Below are positions 9,865 through 19,047 of a stretch of 64,000 bases of DNA, in pieces. Where the stretch lies: the NCBI GenBank assembly GCA_030674455.1, contig JAUSGQ010000002.1:6207-70206 (forward strand). Reading direction: 5' to 3'. A program made the translations under genes and the position numbers. Below the pieces are notes generated by a model. That model was not told the DNA's origin and did not search any database. It saw nothing but the letters and a program-made list of their open reading frames with translations. Every line of letters begins with the position of its first letter. The first letter of the stretch is position 1. The DNA is from a bacterium. Lineage in GTDB: Bacteria > Patescibacteriota > Minisyncoccia > Phycocordibacterales > UBA2100.

Positions 9865-11859
9865 CTAGCGTTGTTTTCGTTTTCGAAACCCTCGCCATAG
9901 GCCTGCGATAAATGCAAGCAAAACGAGCAGCGCGAGCCACCATTTCCATTCAGTTGGAATTCCGTAATCAACAACTGCTATGGCCGCTGTTTGAACATAC
10001 GGAGGAGAAACATTCGCAAGCGTCGTTGTTGCCTCTGTGCTTGTTGCAAGTGGTTCGGCGGGTGCTGGCAATTCCGGCTCCACGAATGTTTCCTGTTTCT
10101 CTTCGTCCGGCAATTTTTCAGCGTTTGAAAGCTCAACTGCTACTGAAGAAGTTGGCGCAACACTTACCGCTTCGGCTGTTGTAACTGGCGTAGATGTCGC
10201 GATTTGCTCAACATTGACTTTCGGCGCGGGCTTAGCGAAAGAGGAGAGAAGCGAATCCCATGTGTTACCCTGAATTGCGGGAATAGCATATGCTGTTGCC
10301 CACACGCGCGTGTCGGAAGTAGCACTCGCAGGTTCGATGCCGCCATCGCGCTCCTGAAGCGTGGCAATGTAGTATTGAGGCGTGTAATAGCCGTTCGCCC
10401 AGTTTAGAGATGAGCTTGGAGCCGCGGCAATTGCCTGCAGACTCCAGCTTGTTGCAAAACTGTTTCCAAGGCTTGCATCCGCTTGCAGTTTTCCGTGTAT
10501 GTAATCAATCGCCGAGTTTATCGCGTTTGACGTGTCCGGAAGCTGCCGCGCGAGCGAAAGTGCTTGAACAGCGGCAGCGGTCAAATCCTCGCTGTTTTCC
10601 CACGAGCCGTTAGGAAGTTGTTTTGATAGGATGAACAAAACAACTCTTTGTATTACATCGTCGTTGGTCGAGTAGCCGGCATGAAGGAGCGGAAATATGG
10701 CAAAAATATCGTCATTGACGAGCGCCGCATCGCCAATTTGCTTCCCGTCGAAACCATTTACGATGGGAGTTATGTAATCAACAGATGTCCCTGAATAGGG
10801 ATTTATTCCGAGCGCCTCGAGCGCCATTGCATGCCGCTCGTAATCGGAAACACTTTGCAGAGATGGCGGATTGGATGAGAAATACTGGGACAGCTTCTTT
10901 TGCGCGTCTCCGGCTCCTCCTCCGCCGAGCGCGATTGCAACCCAATCGGAAAGAAGCGCAGAACTAAATGAGCCATCGGCGCGCTGCTCGCTTTGAAGAT
11001 ATGCAAGTGCGAGCGGCATGTCAAACGGCGCGTGCAGATTAATGCCGCCCCCGCCCCCTCCGGAAGATGAAAGGGAAGCTTGAGGCGTAGCAGATGCTGT
11101 TATTGAGGCATTGGGATAATAGCCATCTTCTAACAGGCCTGCGGCGTACGAGCCGGCGGTATGTATCGTGAATGTTGCTTTGCCATCCGCCCCGACAGTC
11201 GCGGAAGAAATGATAGTCGGACTGTTAAAAGGGTCGCCCTGAAGAATCCTTAACGTGAGACCGGTCGCGGGCGTCCATGAATTGGATGGTGCAACGTATG
11301 ATTCCGCTGCTACAGTGAACGGCACTCCAATCGTGACATTAGAAGAGCTCGGCGTAATGCGACGCGACGGGCCGAAATACAGATAGACCGCGTCGTTGTT
11401 AGAAAGCGTCTGCACCTCCATTCCTACATTGGGACTTGTGCCGTTCACCACATACTGCCAATTTCCGCAGAGTGGGCTTGCGGGGTCTGCGGGTGCCGCG
11501 ATGCAATTGAGATAAAAAGAACTATAGGCGTCCGAGTATTGCAGGTCTGAAATAGAGAATGTCGTTGTTGCGGATTCAATATCTTTTATAATTGCCAAGA
11601 CGCTTCGCGCCGGGACATTATGAGAACCTCCTATAGAAGTGATGGCGACATCCGGTGAGCCAATATCAGGAAGCGTGGCCGACCCGCTCGAAATGACCGT
11701 TGCTCCATCGCGAATGGTAATCGTTGCTTGGTCAGAAGCAGGCGGTGGAGGTGGTGCGTCTGGGTCGACAATCTGCGCAAAGGCGGTCGCGACACCAATA
11801 GTTGAAGAGAGGAATAAGACAATAATCAAGCCAAAGAGGGAGCGGTTAAGATGTCTCAT
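9865..11859 (-). CDS. Surface protein with an N-terminal DUF4430 (transcobalamin-like beta domain) and a prenyltransferase/terpene-cyclase-like alpha/alpha-toroid domain. It has a C-terminal TM anchor and is a putative cobalamin-capturing protein
   Basis: Signal peptide. DUF4430 hallmark GNWQYVVNG...DAVYLYFG. A poly-Gly linker. Repeated DGSF/NGSW toroid-like motifs. C-terminal WKWWLALLVLLAFIAGLWRGFRKRKQR. It is second gene of a Cbl-riboswitch operon. Confidence 0.65.
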   Translation of the reverse strand: MRHLNRSLFGLIIVLFLSSTIGVATAFAQIVDPDAPPPPPASDQATITIRDGATVISSGSATLPDIGSPDVAITSIGGSHNVPARSVLAIIKDIESATTTFSISDLQYSDAYSSFYLNCIAAPADPASPLCGNWQYVVNGTSPNVGMEVQTLSNNDAVYLYFGPSRRITPSSSNVTIGVPFTVAAESYVAPSNSWTPATGLTLRILQGDPFNSPTIISSATVGADGKATFTIHTAGSYAAGLLEDGYYPNASITASATPQASLSSSGGGGGGINLHAPFDMPLALAYLQSEQRADGSFSSALLSDWVAIALGGGGAGDAQKKLSQYFSSNPPSLQSVSDYERHAMALEALGINPYSGTSVDYITPIVNGFDGKQIGDAALVNDDIFAIFPLLHAGYSTNDDVIQRVVLFILSKQLPNGSWENSEDLTAAAVQALSLARQLPDTSNAINSAIDYIHGKLQADASLGNSFATSWSLQAIAAAPSSSLNWANGYYTPQYYIATLQERDGGIEPASATSDTRVWATAYAIPAIQGNTWDSLLSSFAKPAPKVNVEQIATSTPVTTAEAVSVAPTSSVAVELSNAEKLPDEEKQETFVEPELPAPAEPLATSTEATTTLANVSPPYVQTAAIAVVDYGIPTEWKWWLALLVLLAFIAGLWRGFRKRKQR

Positions 11860-11893
11860 AAAAGTTAATTATACCACAGTGTAGGGATATTGT

Positions 11894-12370
11894 CTAGTAA
11901 CCTTTTTCATATTTCCATTCTACGCTGTTTTCAGGATTTACGATGATAGTGGAGATTCCTTGCTGTGCCTTTGCTCCATTTACATACAGAATCCAGTAGT
12001 ATCCATCGGCCGCAATCTTGCCTGCCTGCCGCGCCGAACGCGGCGCAGGCAGGCCGTTTATTGATTCGACGAACGCGCCCATGCCGGGAAAATCTTTTGA
12101 TGTGAATCGAAATTTGGTGCTTGATGCGAGTATGTTCATAGCATCAAGGATTGTTGAGCCAGGCGGCACATTGTCTTCGTAGAGCTCTTCTCCGACGATA
12201 AGTGTGAACTCAATGCCAGTTGATTTTTCTGATGCCGCATTTAGCGCTCCCAAGGAGACACCTTGCAGAGCCAAGGAGTCACCTTGGGATGAAAGAAAAG
12301 AACGTTCAGAGAAATACGCACCCGCTCCGAGGACGATGATAGCAAGGAAAAGTAATAAATGTTTTCTCAT
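11894..12370 (-). CDS. Secreted stand-alone DUF4430 (transcobalamin-like C-terminal domain) protein
   Basis: Signal peptide plus the DGYYWILYVNG motif. It sits directly downstream of the cobalamin riboswitch. It carries an in-frame family-3 palindromic element encoding SQGDSLALQGVSLG. Confidence 0.7.
   Translation of the reverse strand: MRKHLLLFLAIIVLGAGAYFSERSFLSSQGDSLALQGVSLGALNAASEKSTGIEFTLIVGEELYEDNVPPGSTILDAMNILASSTKFRFTSKDFPGMGAFVESINGLPAPRSARQAGKIAADGYYWILYVNGAKAQQGISTIIVNPENSVEWKYEKGY
12249..12288. repeat. Family-3 palindromic element CCCAAGGAGACACCTTGCAGAGCCAAGGAGTCACCTTGGG, in-frame inside the DUF4430 gene
   Basis: It matches the intergenic copies at 51907..51952 and 58927..58977. 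Confidence 0.75.
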
Positions 12371-12381
12371 ATGTTATCTCT

Positions 12382-12405
12382 CCGCCTTCGCCAAGGCTTC
12401 GGCGG
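12382..12405. repeat. Family-1 core palindrome (CCGCC-TTCGCCAAGGCTTCG-GCGG) in the leader of the DUF4430 gene
   Basis: The core CGAAGCCTTGGCG is shared with copies at 15689, 32611 and 14223. Confidence 0.6.
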
Positions 12406-12420
12406 ATGATTTGCTACTGC

Positions 12421-12620
12421 AAATCAAAAAACTCCGCCCAAGCGGAGGTTACGTGCGTGCGCCGCAGCTGCGGCGTCAGCGGTCTCCTGCTCGGGATATC
12501 CGCTTTCTGAAGACCGGACTCGCCTCGGCTCGCCGTAGCTCCTTGCGGAGGCAGCTCACCAAGTTTTACCGTTGCGGCACAGTGGGGGAATCAAACCCCA
12601 ACTTCCACAGAAAGCAGTTG
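12421..12620 (-). promoter_or_regulatory. Cobalamin (AdoCbl) riboswitch with an intrinsic-terminator expression platform
   Basis: The minus-strand RNA reads GGAAGUUGGGGUUUGAUUCCCCCACUGUGCCGCAACGGUAAAAC. This closely parallels the btuB aptamer core (GGGAAUCCAGUGCGAAUCUGGAGCUGACGCGCAGCGGUAAGG). A downstream B12-box-like AGCAGGAGACCGCUG is present. The terminator CUCCGC-UUGG-GCGGAG plus UUUUUU lies at 12425..12447. A promoter TTGTGC, 16-nt spacer, TATAAT lies at 12625..12652 (minus strand). Confidence 0.75.
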
Positions 12621-12717
12621 TGGAATTATACGCGCGAAGCAAAGGCGCACAAGTGGATAACTTAATGCCTCATGTTCCAGATTACATTTCCCACGCCTGA
12701 TGATACAATGCGAAATT

Positions 12718-13791
12718 ATGGCGGAACTCATACCAGGCCCATCTTTTTTTATTGGAAAAGGGGATGACACAGACCTCATTTCGTTCGGCTCCGGACAGCC
12801 CGATTTGCCGCCGCCGCCGGAGGCATTTGATGCTTTAAAGCAGTATAACGGGTTCAAATACGGTCAAATTCAGGGAGAGGAATCGCTGCGCGCTAAACTC
12901 GCGGAAGAATACCCGGGAGCTAAGCCGGAGCATTTTGTCATAACGAACGGCGCGTCGGAGGCGATCGACCTTGTTCTGCGCTCAATTTCAAAATCGGGAG
13001 GCAAAATTCTTTTGCCGCGACCGTATTACTATTCCTATCCGTTCGTTGTGGGGTATGCGGGAATGACCGCAGAATATTACGACCTCGGCGAAGGAGGAAA
13101 AATAAATTACGAACAGTTTGCAGATATCGCGCCCGGATGCCGAGCGGTTCTTATCAATTCGCCCTCCAACCCGACCGGCACGGTTCAGGATATTGAGACG
13201 CTGAAAAAAGTCGAGGCGCTCTGCGACCGCCTGGGGCTCTATATTATTTCCGACGAAGTTTATAAAGACCTTATTTACGACAGAGAGAATTATTTGTTGC
13301 ACGGCAAACACGTCGTGACCGTAAACTCGTTCTCCAAAACCTACGCTATGTGCGGATTCCGAGTCGGCTATCTTTATTCGCCCGACGAGGATCTCGTTTC
13401 AAAAGTGGTGGAAATGAAGAATCACACGTCTATGAACACGAGCGTCGCAGCGCAGGTCATGGCGCTCGCGGCTCTCTCCGTGCCGGCATCCTATGTGGAA
13501 AAGCACGTAAAAATATGGAAGGAGCGGCGCGACATGATATATGCCGGCATGCTCGAACTTGGCCTCGAATTATGGAAGCCCGAGGGCGCGTTTTACGTCT
13601 TACCAAAGTTAAAGAATTCGGGCCGTGTCGTATCCGACCTCTACTACAAATACAGGATGATTTCTTACGATGGCGCATGGTTCGGCGCGCCCGACCACGT
13701 GCGCTTCAGCTACGCGCTCGATGCTTCCAAGATACAGGAGGGATTGAGGCGGCTTAAGAAATTTCTGGAGACTGACTATCGCGCGTATTAA
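12718..13791 (+). CDS. Class I/II pyridoxal-phosphate aminotransferase (AspC-like)
   Basis: NSPSNPTG and SFSKTYAMCGFRVGY (PLP-lysine motif). An alternative start is 12700. Confidence 0.75.
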   Translation: MAELIPGPSFFIGKGDDTDLISFGSGQPDLPPPPEAFDALKQYNGFKYGQIQGEESLRAKLAEEYPGAKPEHFVITNGASEAIDLVLRSISKSGGKILLPRPYYYSYPFVVGYAGMTAEYYDLGEGGKINYEQFADIAPGCRAVLINSPSNPTGTVQDIETLKKVEALCDRLGLYIISDEVYKDLIYDRENYLLHGKHVVTVNSFSKTYAMCGFRVGYLYSPDEDLVSKVVEMKNHTSMNTSVAAQVMALAALSVPASYVEKHVKIWKERRDMIYAGMLELGLELWKPEGAFYVLPKLKNSGRVVSDLYYKYRMISYDGAWFGAPDHVRFSYALDASKIQEGLRRLKKFLETDYRAY

Positions 13792-13796
13792 AGTGC

Positions 13797-15176
13797 ATGT
13801 TGAATTGTCAAAAACTGTTTGAAGGCAAAAAAATAACCGTGTTAGGGCTAGGACTCCTCGGGAGGGGACTCGGCGACGCGGAGTTCCTCGCGAAGTGCGG
13901 CGCGCATGTTCTCGTTACAGATAAGAAGACAGAAGCACAGCTCGCGGAATCGGTGGAGAAATTAAAACACTACAACAACGTTTCGTTCCGGCTCGGCGGG
14001 CACGATGAAAAAGATTTTGCGGGCCGCGACCTTGTGATTAAGGGCGCAAAAACTCCGCTCGACTCTCCGTACATAGCGGCGGCGCGAAAGGCGGGCGTTC
14101 CCGTTGTAATGTCCACCGCGCTCTTTGCGAAATACGCGATGGAGGAGGGCGCGATTATCGTAGGAATAACCGGCACGCGCGGAAAATCGACTGTGACGCA
14201 CATGATTCACTATGTGCTTATTTCCGCCTTCGCTAAAGCTTCGGCGGACAGGCGCGCTCCGAATGTGATTCTTGGGGGGAACATAAGAGGAATATCAACC
14301 CTTGCTATGCTTCCCGAAATTAAGAAAGGCGACATTGCCGTTCTAGAACTCGATTCGTGGCAACTGCAGGGATTTGGAGATTTACAAATCAGTCCGAACA
14401 TTTCCATCTTTACGAATTTGATGCCTGATCATCTGGACTACTATCAAGGATTGGATGCTTATTTTAACGACAAAGCTAATATTTTTAAGTTCCAAAAGCG
14501 AGGCGATTCACTGTTTGTTGGGAAGGGCATTTTGGAGAAAGTGAAGGCAACGCGGCCGGAGGCCGCGCCGCATGTTCCTCCGGCAATTCCCGCCGACTGG
14601 AAACTGCAAATTCCTGGCGAACATAATCGAGAAAACGCGTCGCTTGCCGCCGCCGCTCTTCGTTCTCTCGGCCTTCAAGAATCGGATATTCAAAGCGGGC
14701 TGGAATCATTTGTTGGTTTGGAAGGCCGGCTTCAACTTGTCGGTCAAATAAAGGGTGTGAACGTTTACAACGATACAAATGCAACCACTCCCGAGGCCAC
14801 GGTCGCCGCCTTGCGAGCCGTGGGAAATGCAAAAAATAGAAAGGTAGTTCTCATAATGGGTGGTGACGATAAATTTCTTGATATGTCCGCGCTCACTGCA
14901 GAAATACCGAAATGGTGCTCCAAAGTTGTTCTCTTTAAAGAACGCGGAACCGACCGAGTTCGTGATGAAGTGTTCGCGATGAAAAGTGAGGGTATGGATG
15001 TTTACGAGGAAGAGGGATTGCCCAATACCGCTGGCCGCGCGTTCTCCATCGCGGTTCCGGGCGAGACCATTTTATTCAGTCCGGCGTTTACCTCATTCGG
15101 CAAATACTTCAAGAACGAATATGACAGGGGGAATCAGTTCATGGCGCTAGTTCGCGCGCACACTGCAAACGGTTAG
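13797..15176 (+). CDS. murD: UDP-N-acetylmuramoyl-L-alanine--D-glutamate ligase
   Basis: N-terminal KKITVLGLG. GITGTRGKSTV P-loop. A DSWQL/MPDHLDYY region. It contains an in-frame family-1 palindrome insertion (ISAFAKASADRR). Confidence 0.85.
   Translation: MLNCQKLFEGKKITVLGLGLLGRGLGDAEFLAKCGAHVLVTDKKTEAQLAESVEKLKHYNNVSFRLGGHDEKDFAGRDLVIKGAKTPLDSPYIAAARKAGVPVVMSTALFAKYAMEEGAIIVGITGTRGKSTVTHMIHYVLISAFAKASADRRAPNVILGGNIRGISTLAMLPEIKKGDIAVLELDSWQLQGFGDLQISPNISIFTNLMPDHLDYYQGLDAYFNDKANIFKFQKRGDSLFVGKGILEKVKATRPEAAPHVPPAIPADWKLQIPGEHNRENASLAAAALRSLGLQESDIQSGLESFVGLEGRLQLVGQIKGVNVYNDTNATTPEATVAALRAVGNAKNRKVVLIMGGDDKFLDMSALTAEIPKWCSKVVLFKERGTDRVRDEVFAMKSEGMDVYEEEGLPNTAGRAFSIAVPGETILFSPAFTSFGKYFKNEYDRGNQFMALVRAHTANG
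14223..14248. repeat. Family-1 palindrome TCCGCCTTCGCTAAAGCTTCGGCGGA inside murD, in frame
   Basis: It is a variant of the 12382 copy. It adds about 10 aa right after the P-loop, compared with E. coli MurD. Confidence 0.7.
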
Positions 15177-15212
15177 TCTGACTAACCTGTCCGTTAGTCA
15201 GACTAACCCATC
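15171..15212. terminator. 17-bp perfect inverted repeat GGTTAGTCTGACTAACC-tgtc-GGTTAGTCAGACTAACC, a likely bidirectional terminator between convergent genes
   Basis: Each arm overlaps the stop codon of one of the convergent genes (murD TAG at 15174-15176; the minus gene at 15198). Confidence 0.5.
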
Positions 15213-15473
15213 TCTTGTTGGAAGTCGATTGAGCATCTGAACAATTCCTTTTCGCATCCGTGCGGATGTATCGGGGTCGTTCTCAATATCGGAGATGGTT
15301 TCGGAGAGTTTTTTGTCGATGGTATCTGTGTTATCGAAGAGGTATGAGGGAAATTCCTCGAATTGTTCAAAGTATTCCTCGAAGACTTTCTTTCGTACTC
15401 CGGCGTTCTCGCTTGTGGCTGCCGCTTTTAGCTCTTCAAAATTGAACTTCGTTTTCTTTTTACTTTCTTTCAC
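15198..15473 (-). CDS. Hypothetical small acidic protein (91 aa)
   Basis: ORF with no competing frame; no recognisable domain. Confidence 0.4.
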   Translation of the reverse strand: MKESKKKTKFNFEELKAAATSENAGVRKKVFEEYFEQFEEFPSYLFDNTDTIDKKLSETISDIENDPDTSARMRKGIVQMLNRLPTRDGLV

Positions 15474-15529
15474 AAATTCATTGTAGACCTTTCTGGCGGA
15501 AGCGATAGAGTGTAAACTTCTAAACGTCT

Positions 15530-16876
15530 ATGACAGTTTCGAATATTTACATGGTTGGCATAGGAGGTATAGGTATGTCGGCCCTTGCACAGCTTCTTGT
15601 GCATCAGGGCAAACAAGTGAGTGGGTCGGACAGAGAAGAGTCGCCCACGACAAGATTGCTTGCCGAAAAAGGAGTTTCCGTTTCAATCGGCCTGCTTGCC
15701 GAAGCCTCGGCGCAGGCAGGCCACGATAGGTGTCTCATACCTGCCGATACGGAACTTCTCATATACAGCGATGCCGTTTGGCTCGACAACCAGGAGCGAA
15801 TGCGCGCGAAAGAAATGAAAATCCCCGAAATGTCCTACTTTGAGGCGCTCGGTCAGGTTTCAAAGAAAATGAGAACACTTGCTGTCACGGGGACTCATGG
15901 GAAAACCACAACGACCGGAATGTTGGCGGCGATATTGAAGCACGCGGGGAAAGACCCGAGTGCCATAGTTGGTTCCATTGTGTCGGATTTTAAGTCCAAT
16001 TATCTTGAGGGACGCGATGACCTTCTTGTTGTTGAAGCGTGCGAATACAAAGACCATATGCTGAAACTCTCTCCAGAAATACTGGTGATGACAAATGCCG
16101 AATGGGACCACACCGATTACTTTCCTACGCTCGAGAAGATGCTGGAGTCGTTCAACAAAGCCGCGCGCGCGGTACCAAAGCATGGAGTTGTCGTCACGAA
16201 TCCTGACGGCGAGAATATGAGTGTTGTATTGAAAGGCGTTACAGCGCGCGTGGTTGATTATACGAAAGAATCAACCCCCATGCTCAAACTGCTAGGCGAA
16301 TTCAATCGTGAAAATGCGCGCGCCGCGAAAGCCGCGGCGCGCGCCGCATTTCCCGACATTGTTGAAACTGTCGCGGATGAGGCGCTTAAGAATTTCAAGG
16401 GCTCGTGGCGCCGGTTTGAATACAAAGGCGAAACGCCAAATGGAGCGCAAGTTTACGACGACTACGCGCACCACCCGACGGCGATTAAAAAAACTCTGCG
16501 CGCTGTACGAGAGAAGTTCCCCGGCAAAAGAATAGTCGTTGCATTTCACGCGCACCTCTATTCGAGAACAAGGGATTTGATGAAAGGGTTTGGCGAAGCG
16601 CTTGCCAAAGCCGATGAAGTAATTATCGCGCCGATTTACCCCGCGCGAGAGGAGCCGATTCCCGGTATCACAAATCACGCGCTCGCTGAAGCGGTGCGAA
16701 GGAGCCTGCCTGCCCTGCCTACCGGACAGGCAGGCGGCAGGCAGGGAAATGCCCGCGCTCTGGATTCGTTCAATGAAATCCGTGATGCTCTTCTTAAGTG
16801 CGATTCGGACACGCTAATCATCACAATGGGAGCGGGGGATATTTATAAAGTCGCCGAACAGATTATTGAGCAGTAA
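15530..16876 (+). CDS. murC: UDP-N-acetylmuramate--L-alanine ligase
   Basis: IYMVGIGGIGMSALAQLL...VTGTHGKTTTTGMLAAIL. It contains two in-frame family-1 palindrome insertions (LLAEASAQAG at 15689; SLPALPTGQAGGRQG at 16704). Confidence 0.85.
   Translation: MTVSNIYMVGIGGIGMSALAQLLVHQGKQVSGSDREESPTTRLLAEKGVSVSIGLLAEASAQAGHDRCLIPADTELLIYSDAVWLDNQERMRAKEMKIPEMSYFEALGQVSKKMRTLAVTGTHGKTTTTGMLAAILKHAGKDPSAIVGSIVSDFKSNYLEGRDDLLVVEACEYKDHMLKLSPEILVMTNAEWDHTDYFPTLEKMLESFNKAARAVPKHGVVVTNPDGENMSVVLKGVTARVVDYTKESTPMLKLLGEFNRENARAAKAAARAAFPDIVETVADEALKNFKGSWRRFEYKGETPNGAQVYDDYAHHPTAIKKTLRAVREKFPGKRIVVAFHAHLYSRTRDLMKGFGEALAKADEVIIAPIYPAREEPIPGITNHALAEAVRRSLPALPTGQAGGRQGNARALDSFNEIRDALLKCDSDTLIITMGAGDIYKVAEQIIEQ
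15689..15722. repeat. Family-1 palindrome GGCCTGCTTGCCGAAGCCTCGGCGCAGGCAGGCC inside murC, in frame
   Basis: It has the CCTGC(C/T)TGC / GCAGGCAGG arms with a CGAAGCC core. Confidence 0.8.
16704..16747. repeat. Family-1 palindrome GCCTGCCTGCCCTGCCTACCGGACAGGCAGGCGGCAGGCAGGG inside murC, in frame
   Basis: It has the same arm motifs and a nested arrangement. Confidence 0.75.
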
Positions 16877-16912
16877 GAACATTCCAACATTCTGCAGAAT
16901 GTTGGAATGTTC
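16877..16912. repeat. Family-2 perfect 36-bp palindrome GAACATTCCAACATTC-TGCA-GAATGTTGGAATGTTC
   Basis: It sits immediately after the murC stop. A second copy lies at 18098..18133, so the aminotransferase gene is bracketed. Confidence 0.85.
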
Positions 16913-16995
16913 TTAGGTGGGCCACACATAAATCTCCCTTTCAGGGCATATAGACCCCTTTTACATTTTTCCAATCAGTAAGTATTATAGCTCTA

Positions 16996-18093
16996 ATGTC
17001 AAAGCAGTCCGAGCATGGAGGTGCATTTTTCGCCGCGATTGGTGATGACTTCTCTACACTGGAAAGGTCAAGCAAAGTAATTAGCGCAGATGTACTTGAT
17101 GCGTGGTTTGACCCATCGCCAAAAGTTATCAAGAAAGTCCGCGAATATCTATCCTTCGCTTTGAAAACGTCGCCGCCGACGCATTGTGAAGGTTTGATAA
17201 GAATCATTTCGAAGCAGCGGGAAATTCCACAAGAAAACATCGTTGTTGGTAGCGGCTCATCAAGTTTGATATTTTCTTTTTTTCCTCACATTTTGAATAA
17301 AGGCGACAAAGTTATGATTCTTGATCCGATGTACAGCGAGTACCCGCATATTTTAGAAGATGTCATTGGCGCGACCGTTTATAGACATGTTTTGAATAAA
17401 AAGTTTGATTTTGCGATTGATTGCGACCTACTGGTTAAGGACATCACCAAAATTCATCCCACAGTGATGGTTTTGGTGAATCCGAACAATCCAACTGGGC
17501 AGTATTTGGGAAAAGAAGATGTTCTTGAACTTGCTAAGACCTTTTCTGACGTGATATTTGTTGTGGACGAAGCATATATAGATTATGTAGAGCGAGATAA
17601 ATCAGTTGAGAGGGAGGTAGTTAAACATCCAAATCTTGTCGTTATAAAGTCAATGTCAAAAGTGTACGGATTAAGCGGGGTGCGTCTGGCCTATCTCACT
17701 GCACCTGTTTCAATAATCGAAAAAATCTCTCAATTTATTCCTCCGTGGCCAGTGAGTTTAGTTGCGCAAATCGCAGGAGTTGAAGCGCTTAAAGACAAAG
17801 AATACTATACGCAAAAATATGCTGAAACTAAGGTACTCCGAGAAGCGATGATTCAAGATTTGCTAATACCGTCTCTAAGGATTTTTGATTCGGTCGCAAA
17901 CTTCTTTCTTGTAAATCTAACTGGCACAGGATTGAGCGCAAGAAATATCGTTGAGGAATTGCGCGAACAGAATATTTATCTGCGTAACTGCGACTCGATC
18001 AGTAAACAGTTTCATGATGATTTTATTCGTATAGCCGTGAAAGATAAAACAAGCAATAAAATCATTACCAGTGCGCTCAAGGCGTTGTTGTAA
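16996..18093 (+). CDS. PLP-dependent class I/II aminotransferase of the HisC/CobD type
   Basis: LVNPNNPTG...VVDEAYIDY...KSMSKVYGLSGVRLAYL. The N-terminal HGG is reminiscent of CobD-type threonine-phosphate decarboxylases. The gene is flanked on both sides by family-2 palindromes. Confidence 0.7.
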   Translation: MSKQSEHGGAFFAAIGDDFSTLERSSKVISADVLDAWFDPSPKVIKKVREYLSFALKTSPPTHCEGLIRIISKQREIPQENIVVGSGSSSLIFSFFPHILNKGDKVMILDPMYSEYPHILEDVIGATVYRHVLNKKFDFAIDCDLLVKDITKIHPTVMVLVNPNNPTGQYLGKEDVLELAKTFSDVIFVVDEAYIDYVERDKSVEREVVKHPNLVVIKSMSKVYGLSGVRLAYLTAPVSIIEKISQFIPPWPVSLVAQIAGVEALKDKEYYTQKYAETKVLREAMIQDLLIPSLRIFDSVANFFLVNLTGTGLSARNIVEELREQNIYLRNCDSISKQFHDDFIRIAVKDKTSNKIITSALKALL

Positions 18094-18097
18094 ATAA

Positions 18098-18133
18098 AAA
18101 CATTCCAACATTCTTGAGAATGTTGGAATGTTT
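18098..18133. repeat. Family-2 perfect palindrome AAACATTCCAACATTC-TTGA-GAATGTTGGAATGTTT
   Basis: See 16877..16912. Confidence 0.85.
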
Positions 18134-18154
18134 GCAGACGAATACGCATACATG

Positions 18155-18181
18155 TTGCAAAAGTAAAGCGAGGTGTATAAT
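18155..18181 (+). promoter_or_regulatory. Promoter of the rib operon (TTGCAA, 15-nt spacer, TGtTATAAT extended -10)
   Basis: It lies immediately upstream of the FMN riboswitch. Confidence 0.5.
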
Positions 18182-18182
18182 A

Positions 18183-18435
18183 GGCACTTCCTTCGGGGTT
18201 TGGGTGATGTTCGTAAAGTACGGGCAAAGTCCCAATCGGCGGTAAAGCCCGTCCTCCTGCGCTAAAGCTATGGAGGACAAGCGAGTCCGCGAGCTCTGGT
18301 ATTTATCAGAGCACGACTGCGGTTTGATTCCGCGACCGACCGTATAGTCGGGATGAAAGAAGGAAACCGTACCGCATCACTGATGCATAATGGTACTGTT
18401 TCTATCCCCGAAGAAATGAGGGGATTTTCTATTTT
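18183..18435 (+). promoter_or_regulatory. FMN riboswitch (RFN element) with a terminator expression platform
   Basis: CTTCGGGGTTTGGGTGA...TCCCAATCGGCGGTAAAGCCCG...GATTCCGCGACCGACCGTATAGTCGGGATGAAAGAAGG matches the RFN consensus (UUCGGGGCAGGGUGAAAUUCCC.ACCGGCGGUA..AGCCCG...CCGACAGUGAAAGUCUGGAUGGGAGAAGG). The terminator TCCCC-gaagaaatga-GGGGA plus a T-tract lies at 18405..18435, just before the ribE ATG. Confidence 0.8.
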
Positions 18436-19047
18436 ATGTTCACAGGAATCATCACAGAAATCGGAACCGTTAAAAAGCGCACGGCGAGCGGTTTAGAAGT
18501 TGCCGCAAGCCCCAGCATCGTGCGCCGTCTCGGTCTGGGAGAAAGCGTGGCCGTAAACGGCGCGTGCCTCACTGTTACCTCGGCTCGCGCCGGAACGATT
18601 AAAGCGGATGTCATGGAAGAAACTTGGCGGAAAACGATGCTTGGAAAATTGATATCTGGGAAAAAAGTAAATTTGGAGCTTCCTCTAAAGGCCGACTCTC
18701 TTATCTCGGGCCATTTCGTTCACGGCCATGTGGACGGTGTAGGAAAAGTAAGTAAAGTTGTGAAAACAGGCGCAAGCTATCTTCTTACGCTGGAAGTGCC
18801 GAGAGAAATCTCCCGCCACCTTGTAGATAAGGGTTCTATTGCGGTAAACGGCATCTCGCTCACTATCATCAGGGCGAGCAAAAATAAATTCAGCGTCGGG
18901 ATTATTCCTCACACATGGAGAAATACGACACTGCATGAAGTCAAAGCAGGCGATACGGTGAATATTGAAATTGACATACTAGCGAAATACGCAAGTAAAT
19001 CTCTAACCGCACATTTGCCCGCGTCACTTGCTTATTCGCGCGAATAA
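18436..19047 (+). CDS. ribE: Riboflavin synthase alpha subunit
   Basis: MFTGIITEIG...GESVAVNGACLTV, with the duplicated lumazine-binding halves. The stop lies inside the family-4 palindrome. Confidence 0.9.
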   Translation: MFTGIITEIGTVKKRTASGLEVAASPSIVRRLGLGESVAVNGACLTVTSARAGTIKADVMEETWRKTMLGKLISGKKVNLELPLKADSLISGHFVHGHVDGVGKVSKVVKTGASYLLTLEVPREISRHLVDKGSIAVNGISLTIIRASKNKFSVGIIPHTWRNTTLHEVKAGDTVNIEIDILAKYASKSLTAHLPASLAYSRE

